This document shows positions 18,113-24,000 of a stretch of DNA of 24,000 nucleotides, piece by piece (the stretch's first letter is position 1; each line of letters starts with the position of its first letter). The position numbers and the translations under genes were made by a program. Source of the stretch: Chloroflexota bacterium (lineage in GTDB: Bacteria; Chloroflexota; Anaerolineae; DSLN01); contig CADDZL010000003.1 of the NCBI GenBank assembly GCA_902812335.1, forward strand, positions 1 through 24,000. The letters run 5' to 3'. Below the pieces are notes generated by a model that was given only the letters and a program-made list of their open reading frames with translations, did not search any database and was not told where the DNA came from.

Positions 18113-19477
18113 ATGCAGCTTCGCCGGGCTCTTCGCATAGTCAAAGGTGACATCATCGCCTTCGTCGGCGCTGGCGGCAAGACGACCGCAATATTCCGAT
18201 TGGCAGATGAGATGGCCGCCGATAGTTGCCGCGTTGTCATCACCACCACGACGCACATGTACCCTCCAACTGGCGGTGACCTGCCGGTTATCACAGGTGA
18301 CGGGGATGAGTTGCTCCAACGTGTGCGGCAACGGCTGAATCAGGTTAGCCGCGTAGTCGTGGCATCCACCTATGTAGACACGCCCGAAGGCACAAAGCTG
18401 GCCGGTCTCAGGCCGGAATTTGTCGCGTTGCTCAGCGGAGGCACACAGGCGGATGTCGTCTTAGTCGAGGCAGACGGTTCCCGTGGGCGGCCTCTCAAGG
18501 CCCCGGCAGCGTACGAGCCGGTCATCCCGCCGGCTGCGACGCTCGTTGTAGCAGTGGCCGGACTCAGCGTTCTCGGCCGGCCGCTCGGCGGTGAAACCGT
18601 TCACCGGTCGGAACGGGTGACTGCCCTCGCAGGTATTTCTGACGGAGAGATGATCACACCTGAGCATTTGGCGAATGTCCTCGTTCATCCGGAAGGAGGG
18701 CTGAAGGGCATACCGGAAGGAGCGCGTGTTGTGGCCTTACTCAACCAGGCAGACGATCCGGCGCGCCTCGATGCAGGCCGGCAGGTGGCAAACCGGCTCT
18801 TGCGCCAGGGGCGATTCGCGGCGGTAGGTATCAGCGCGCTGGGGGGCCTCATCAGCGATGGGGTGCGCGAGGTGCACGAACGGGTTGCCGCTATTGTCCT
18901 GGCGGCCGGTGCAGGACGGCGCTTTGGTGGTGCCAAGCAACTGGCGCTCTGGCGGGGTCGGCCGCTGCTGGTGCACGTGGTTGAGGCGGTGCTTGCCAGC
19001 CAGGTGACTGAGGTGGTGATCGTTACGGGTTATGAGAGTGAGAGGGTAGCAGCGGCTGTGTCGAGTTGGGGTCCACATCTTCGCATAGTCATGAATCCCA
19101 ACTGGTCCAACGGACAAAGCACATCCGTGCACACCGGACTGAGCGCCCTGCCTACAAACATAGGAGCTGCCCTCTTTGTCCTGGCGGACCAGCCACGCCT
19201 GTCACCCCAGGTCATCAACGCGATCCTGCAATGTCGCCGCGAGACGCTCGCGCCCATCGTTGCCCCAACCTATGGGGAACAGCGGGGTAATCCCGTGCTC
19301 TTCGACCGCGATCTATTTCCCGAGTTGCTGGGGACGACCGGTGACGTTGGCGGGAGACTGTTGATCGAGAGATATGCGGAGCAGGTGGCCTGGCTGCCCT
19401 TCGCCGTTGAACTGGCCCCGGGGGACGTGGACCGGCCGGAGGACCTGCAGGAGGATAACGCGGACGGCGGGCCATAA
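18113..19477 (+). CDS. Fusion protein: YqeC-family selenium cofactor accessory protein (aa 1 to about 245) + MocA-like molybdenum cofactor cytidylyltransferase (aa from about 247 to 454)
   Basis: The N-terminal part has IIAFVGAGGKTT (P-loop), VVITTTTHM and VLVEADGSRGRPLKAPAAYEPVIP, as in TIGR03172/YqeC. The C-terminal part has AAIVLAAGAGRRFGGAKQL, VVIVTGY, NPNWSNGQSTSV, LADQP and GNPVLFDR, as in MobA/MocA-type NTP transferases. Confidence 0.8.
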   Translation: MQLRRALRIVKGDIIAFVGAGGKTTAIFRLADEMAADSCRVVITTTTHMYPPTGGDLPVITGDGDELLQRVRQRLNQVSRVVVASTYVDTPEGTKLAGLRPEFVALLSGGTQADVVLVEADGSRGRPLKAPAAYEPVIPPAATLVVAVAGLSVLGRPLGGETVHRSERVTALAGISDGEMITPEHLANVLVHPEGGLKGIPEGARVVALLNQADDPARLDAGRQVANRLLRQGRFAAVGISALGGLISDGVREVHERVAAIVLAAGAGRRFGGAKQLALWRGRPLLVHVVEAVLASQVTEVVIVTGYESERVAAAVSSWGPHLRIVMNPNWSNGQSTSVHTGLSALPTNIGAALFVLADQPRLSPQVINAILQCRRETLAPIVAPTYGEQRGNPVLFDRDLFPELLGTTGDVGGRLLIERYAEQVAWLPFAVELAPGDVDRPEDLQEDNADGGP

Positions 19478-19493
19478 CACCGGTCCGCCGTCC
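19462..19493 (+). terminator. 12-bp GC-rich hairpin (one G-U pair) whose loop contains the yqeC-mocA stop codon; possible U-tract-less terminator
   Basis: ggacggcgggcc (19462-19473) pairs with ggtccgccgtcc (19482-19493). The loop is ataacacc and includes TAA 19475-19477. No T-run follows. Confidence 0.3.
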
Positions 19494-19633
19494 AACGTCA
19501 TAGGGTCCCCCCGCCCCATTATTCAGCCCGTATTCTAAATGAACGTTCGCCTCAGTTCAATATGCAAGGGGATAGAGATCGGTTAGATTTGGTAAATAGA
19601 TCGGGCTATCCGCAATCATGCCTTCGGCCCATC

Positions 19634-20719
19634 TCACTCTGCGATAGCCTGGCGCAGAGCTTCTAATCCCCGTTCGACCAAACTCATGTTGGCCTGGCTG
19701 CCCATGTGGCCGATGCGGAAGACCTTCCCCTCCAGGGATCCGAGGCTGCCTCCCATGACCACGCCCCGCTGACGCAGGCGGGCGTCCAGCTCTTGCCAGG
19801 TCAGGCCAGCAGGGACCTTGAGCGCCGTCACCGTCGGCGAGCAGATAGCTTCATCTACCGGAAACAGCTCCAGGCCAAATTCGCGAGCGCGGTCGCGTGT
19901 AGCCTGTGCCACGGCGCGGTGGCGGCTGAAAACATTGTCCAGCCCCTCGGTCAGAACCATCCTGCACGCGACGTGTAAGGCGGCCAGCGAAGCCCAACTT
20001 GGCGTGTAGGGGAACCAGCGGCGTTCGACCGCGTCACGGAAGGGCAGCAGGGCATCGTAGCCCGGGTAGTTGACTTTGGCGATTATCTCCCAGGCCCGGT
20101 CGCTTACCGCCACGATCGCCAGGTCTGGAAAACACGAGAGAGCTTTCTGTGACCCCACCAGACACAGGTCGATTCCCCAGTCATCCACCCGAACGGGCAC
20201 ACCTGCGGCGCTGGAGACCGCATCTACATAATAGAGCGGCACGCTGTACTGGCGGACGAGTGCCCCGATCTCTGCTGCCGGGTTGAGTGTGCCGGAAGGG
20301 GTTTCGCAGTGGACAAGTGTGACCATCTTGGGCCGGAAGCGCCGGATGGCCTCCTCAACCCGGGCCGGGTCAGCTACGCTGTCGTAGCCGAATTCGACAA
20401 ACTCGACCCTGGCGCCGATCTGGGCGGCCATCTCGCCGATGCCGTGGCCGAATACACCGGTGCTGATGGCTAACACTCGATCACCGCGAGCAACACAGCT
20501 CTTGAGCGCACCCCACAGCGCAGCCATACCCTCGCCCGTCATGATGGCCATCTTGTTACCGGTGCCGAGGATCGCGCCCAGGTGAGCCTGGACGCGGGTG
20601 TACTCCACGCCGTACTCCGGCTCCAGATCGGCCGAGCCGTAGTCGGTGAGATAGGCTTCTCGCACCGCCTGTGGCACCCGAGTCGGGCCGGGCACCAATG
20701 GCACGTCGTAGGTGATCAC
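19634..20719 (-). CDS. Class-V PLP aminotransferase (serine-pyruvate / alanine-glyoxylate / PucG-like family)
   Basis: 361 aa. GTG start at 20719, 5 nt after GGAGG. PLVPGPTRVP N-terminus, HCETPSGT and LVGSQKALSC (PLP lysine in the SQK motif) are typical of the AGXT family. Confidence 0.8.
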   Translation of the reverse strand: MITYDVPLVPGPTRVPQAVREAYLTDYGSADLEPEYGVEYTRVQAHLGAILGTGNKMAIMTGEGMAALWGALKSCVARGDRVLAISTGVFGHGIGEMAAQIGARVEFVEFGYDSVADPARVEEAIRRFRPKMVTLVHCETPSGTLNPAAEIGALVRQYSVPLYYVDAVSSAAGVPVRVDDWGIDLCLVGSQKALSCFPDLAIVAVSDRAWEIIAKVNYPGYDALLPFRDAVERRWFPYTPSWASLAALHVACRMVLTEGLDNVFSRHRAVAQATRDRAREFGLELFPVDEAICSPTVTALKVPAGLTWQELDARLRQRGVVMGGSLGSLEGKVFRIGHMGSQANMSLVERGLEALRQAIAE

Positions 20720-20811
20720 CGTAACCTCCGCTCTCCTTATCAGCAGCCTGCTAACTGTTGAAGATGCTGGCGTCTGATTCTAACATGCAATAGCAGCGGG
20801 GGCCAACAGAA

Positions 20812-20820
20812 TGCTATAAT
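20812..20820 (+). promoter_or_regulatory. Candidate extended -10 promoter (TGCTATAAT) for the MtaD-like gene
   Basis: tgctataat at 20812-20820, 39 nt upstream of ATG 20860, in a 140-nt divergent intergenic region. AGGAG RBS at 20849-20853. Confidence 0.4.
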
Positions 20821-20859
20821 GCGGGGCAGACCAGAAAACTTGGCCGACAGGAGTGGAAT

Positions 20860-22185
20860 ATGGGCAGCATCCTAATCCGCAATGTGGATGTGGTCACGCT
20901 GGATGACGCCGGCACCATCGTCCACGACGCTGACATCGTTATTGAAGGGGGAATCATTCGAAGCATTGGTGAGACTCCGCCAGTTTTTGCCGCAGCCGAG
21001 ACGATTGACGGCCGCGGTCACGTTGCCATGCCCGGCTTCTTCAATGCCCACTGCCACGCGCCCATGACCTTCGAGCGGGGCTGGGCTGAGGACCTGCCCC
21101 TGGACCGCTGGTTCAATGAGCGCATTTGGGTGGCTGAGTCCGCCTTGACCGAGGAGGATGTCGCCTGGGGTGCAGCGCTGGCGGCCTGCGAGATGATCCG
21201 TTCCGGTACAATCGCTTTCGCCGACCATTACTTTTACATGGACCGCGTAGCCGAGGTGGTCGAGCAAAGCGGTCTGAAAGCAGCATTAACCTGGTGTGTC
21301 TTCGGCATCGGTCCGGCAGCCGAGATCGGGCCCGGCTTGGAAGGGACGATTGAGTTTGTCCGGCGGTGGCAGGGAGGAGCCCAGGGGCGTATTCGCACGC
21401 TTCTAGGCCCCCATTCACCTTATGTCTGCCCACCGGAGTTCCTGGCCGAAGTCGCGGCACGGGCGAAGGCGCTGGGCGTGGGCGTGCATCTACACGTCTC
21501 TGAATCGCAGGAGCAGATGGATAACTCACGGCAGCAGCATGGGCTGACGCCCGTGGCCCTTCTGGAACGGCTGGGCATCTTCGACGTACCCTGCATCGCC
21601 GCCCACTGCATTTACCTGAGCGATGACGACTGCCGCATCCTGGCTGAGCGCGGTGTCAACGTTGTCCAATGCCCCAAAACGCATCTGAAGCTGGCGATGG
21701 GCACGACGCCAGTGCCGGACCTGCTGGCTCGGGGTGTCAATGTCGCATTGGGCAGCGATGGCCCTGGCTCAAACAACGACATGGATATGTTCGAGGTAGG
21801 CCGGCTGGCAGCGCTGGTGCAGAAACACGAACGGCACGACGCGACGGTCTTGCCCGGCGACACTACGCTGCGGCTGGCGACGCGTAACGGCGCGCGGGCG
21901 ATGGGCTTCAATGAGAGCGGCGTCCTGGCTCCTGGCCGGCCTGCCGACCTGATTCTGGTGGACTTCGACCAGCCGCACCTGCGCCCGCGGCACGATCTGA
22001 TCGCTAACCTGGTGTACGCTGCCAGAGGAGCCGATGTGACCCATGTCATCGTGGACGGACACCTGCTCATGCGCGACCGCCAGCTTCTAACGCTGGATGA
22101 GGAGCGCATCCTGGCGGAGGCGGAGCGACGCGCGCTGCGCATGGTCAACCAACCCCTGCGCATCGTCAGGGAGTATCAAGGGTAA
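20860..22185 (+). CDS. mtaD: MtaD-like amidohydrolase (5-methylthioadenosine/S-adenosylhomocysteine deaminase family; purine or nucleoside deaminase)
   Basis: 441 aa. PGFFNAHCHAPMTFERGWAEDLPLDRWF, HLHVSESQ, AAHCIYL and LGSDGPGSNNDMDM are COG0402/MtaD hallmarks. Substrate is not determinable from sequence alone. Confidence 0.75.
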   Translation: MGSILIRNVDVVTLDDAGTIVHDADIVIEGGIIRSIGETPPVFAAAETIDGRGHVAMPGFFNAHCHAPMTFERGWAEDLPLDRWFNERIWVAESALTEEDVAWGAALAACEMIRSGTIAFADHYFYMDRVAEVVEQSGLKAALTWCVFGIGPAAEIGPGLEGTIEFVRRWQGGAQGRIRTLLGPHSPYVCPPEFLAEVAARAKALGVGVHLHVSESQEQMDNSRQQHGLTPVALLERLGIFDVPCIAAHCIYLSDDDCRILAERGVNVVQCPKTHLKLAMGTTPVPDLLARGVNVALGSDGPGSNNDMDMFEVGRLAALVQKHERHDATVLPGDTTLRLATRNGARAMGFNESGVLAPGRPADLILVDFDQPHLRPRHDLIANLVYAARGADVTHVIVDGHLLMRDRQLLTLDEERILAEAERRALRMVNQPLRIVREYQG

Positions 22186-23318
22186 GGGCTGAGTGCCTCC
22201 TGAATTTCCTCTATAACGGTTGCGTCCGTCTCAGTCGAAGCTGCTTGAGCCAGCGCTTCCTGGGCTCGCCGGTCCGCCATGCGGCCCAGTGCCCAGGCGG
22301 CGTGGGCACGAATAAGCGGTTCGGGGTCATGCAGCGCCCGCGTCAGGGCCGGGAGGGCCTGCGGATCGCCCCAGTTGCCCAGCGCGACGGCGACATTGCG
22401 CAACAGACCGCGCCGCCCGGCTCGCTTGACCGGCGTGTCGCCAAAGCGGGCATGAAACCCCTCCTCGGTCAGCTCAATAAGGTCGAGCAAGGGCGGTGCA
22501 GCCCGGTCGAGGTCAACCGGGTAGAAGGCCGGTTCACGCCCCGGACGGGCGAAGTGCAGGTTCCAGGGGCACACTTCCTGGCAGATGTCGCAGCCGAAGA
22601 TGCGGTTGCCCAGCAATGGACGCAGTTCCTTCGGGATGGGCCCACGTAACTCAATCGTCAGGTAGGAGATGCAGCGGCGGCTATCGAGGACGAAGGGCGC
22701 AACGAAAGCATCGGTCGGGCAGGCGACCAGGCAGCGGATGCAGCGGCCACAGCCGATACCTGCGCTAAGCGTGGTGTCTGGTTGCAGATCGAGGTCCGTC
22801 AGAATCTCGCCCAAGAAAAGGTAAGAGCCCAATCGGAGATGAATCAAACAGGTGTTCTTACCGGTGAAGCCAAGTCCGGCCTGCACTGCGATGTCTCGTT
22901 CCAGCAGCGGGCCCGTGTCGACGTAGACCCTGGTGGCGACCGCACCACCTGCCTCCACGCGAATGAAGTCGGCCAGGGCTCGCAGGCGCGGCGTCATCAC
23001 CTTGTGATAATCCTGGCCCCAGGCATAGTTGGAGATGATGCCCCGCGAGGGATCGCGAACGATGTCCTCAGGCAGCCTGCGTGCATAGTAGCTCAGGCCG
23101 ACAGAGATGATGGACCGGGCGCCGGGCAGAACCTGACGCGGGTCCTGCCGCCGCTCCGGCTCGCGTGCCATGTAGGCCATCTCGCCAGCGTGCCCTGCCT
23201 CCAGCCAGGCAATGAATTCCCGCGCGTGGGGACTGGGTTGCGCTGGCGCAATACCAACCAGGTCAAAGCCCAGGTCATAAGCACGGGCCCTGATCTGCTC
23301 GCCCAGGAGGACAGTCAC
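22176..23318 (-). CDS. queG: tRNA epoxyqueuosine(34) reductase QueG
   Basis: 380 aa. LGFDLVGIAPA, GEMAYM, the ferredoxin motifs CGRCIRCLVACPTDA and CDICQEVCPWN, and a C-terminal HEAT-like repeat LGNWGDPQALPAL..DPEPLIRAHAAWALG. GTG start at 23318 immediately after the opcA stop. Confidence 0.9.
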   Translation of the reverse strand: MTVLLGEQIRARAYDLGFDLVGIAPAQPSPHAREFIAWLEAGHAGEMAYMAREPERRQDPRQVLPGARSIISVGLSYYARRLPEDIVRDPSRGIISNYAWGQDYHKVMTPRLRALADFIRVEAGGAVATRVYVDTGPLLERDIAVQAGLGFTGKNTCLIHLRLGSYLFLGEILTDLDLQPDTTLSAGIGCGRCIRCLVACPTDAFVAPFVLDSRRCISYLTIELRGPIPKELRPLLGNRIFGCDICQEVCPWNLHFARPGREPAFYPVDLDRAAPPLLDLIELTEEGFHARFGDTPVKRAGRRGLLRNVAVALGNWGDPQALPALTRALHDPEPLIRAHAAWALGRMADRRAQEALAQAASTETDATVIEEIQEALSPYP

Positions 23319-24000
23319 TTATCCTGCTGCCTGCGGTCTGAAGCTGGCGATGGCGCGCAGTGCATCTTCGTAGATACGATCACGGCCCAGGACATTGAGT
23401 TCGTCGTGCAGAAGCTGGGCATCGCCCGCGACAGGGACCGACACAACCCGCGTGACAGGCCGCGATCCACCCAGCGCGACGGCGGTCTCGACGCACGTCT
23501 CGTCTTCAAGCCGGCAGACAGTGAAGCTCGCCGGCTGTGCACCACCAGCCGTCAGCCGGAGTGAGGTCAGGTTACAGGCAGGTGCGTTGCAGGCTACGTC
23601 TGTGGGGTAAATCACCACACGGATCTCAGAGCTGTTTCGACGAAATGCCACTCTCACCTCGCCCTGCACCGTTGGGGTCAACTCCGAGTCTGCTCGCCAG
23701 CCCAGGCGGCTGGCCAGCCAACCGACGACCAGCAGCGCCTGGGCCGGGTTGGACCGGGCATCGGTCCCGGCAGCGTACTCGATGCTAACCTCAGACAGAA
23801 GTGATAGATAAGGCAGGAGATTGGGGGCGTCGAAGAACTGGGCCACCATTTCGCGCCACGGCGTGATCCTGGCCCAGTTCAGGTCGCTCACTGCCAGCTT
23901 ATCACCTGCCCCTTGCAGCCAGTCGGCCAGATGGATCAGCACATCCACTGGCGGCTGGAACTGGAACGAGTCGATGATCAGCCGGTCGCAACTCTGGGTT
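23319..24000 (-). CDS. opcA: OpcA-like glucose-6-phosphate dehydrogenase assembly protein, C-terminal part (5' end beyond window)
   Basis: The frame stays open from 23948 up to the window edge (translation continues ...TQSCDRLIIDSFQFQPPVDVLIHL). DLNWARITPWREMVAQFFD resembles the conserved OpcA C-terminal motif as I recall it. Confidence 0.55.
   Translation of the reverse strand, partial: TQSCDRLIIDSFQFQPPVDVLIHLADWLQGAGDKLAVSDLNWARITPWREMVAQFFDAPNLLPYLSLLSEVSIEYAAGTDARSNPAQALLVVGWLASRLGWRADSELTPTVQGEVRVAFRRNSSEIRVVIYPTDVACNAPACNLTSLRLTAGGAQPASFTVCRLEDETCVETAVALGGSRPVTRVVSVPVAGDAQLLHDELNVLGRDRIYEDALRAIASFRPQAAG

Noticed and set aside
19539-19586. 15-codon ORF (MNVRLSSICKGIEIG) in the AT-rich convergent spacer
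   Set aside because: It has no RBS, is too short, and shows no supporting feature.
22782-23564. 260-aa ORF on the plus strand
   Set aside because: It is antisense to queG and opcA, both supported by motifs. It has no RBS or domain features.
1-24000. Mobile elements, CRISPR arrays, tRNA/rRNA genes, toxin-antitoxin or defence systems
   Set aside because: I noticed no transposase- or integrase-like ORFs, spaced direct repeats, or cloverleaf-like or rRNA-like segments. Composition looks uniform apart from short promoter or spacer AT-rich patches.

Overview
GC-rich bacterial window with compact, mostly translationally coupled genes. The style suggests Chloroflexota or a similar lineage, but that is only a guess. 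All calls rest on motif recognition in the supplied translations; no searches were run. One + strand array of 17 genes (870..19477, about 18.6 kb) dominates. It starts with a DUF1028 Ntn-hydrolase-like protein and an SsnA-type amidohydrolase. A block for coenzyme F420 supply follows: NpdG/Fno, CofE, an embedded EamA transporter, an FbiB-C-like nitroreductase, CofD, CofC and an LLM-class F420 oxidoreductase. Next come two xanthine-dehydrogenase-family molybdenum hydroxylases with complementary domain fusions (FAD + FeS-Mo of the YgfM/XdhD type, then FAD-FeS + Mo). XdhC lies between the two enzymes, and a small 2-TM protein lies between the two genes of the second. The array ends with YqeB and a YqeC-MocA fusion, the accessory genes used as markers of selenium-dependent molybdenum hydroxylases. 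Flanking genes are a GT2 glycosyltransferase, a class-V aminotransferase, an MtaD-like deaminase, QueG and a truncated OpcA. No rRNA, tRNA, CRISPR or transposase genes were seen. The main candidate for something new is the fusion of F420 biosynthesis and recycling with an SsnA/YgfM/XdhD/YqeB/YqeC-type hydroxylase set in one operon, with no YgfK-type subunit in the window.
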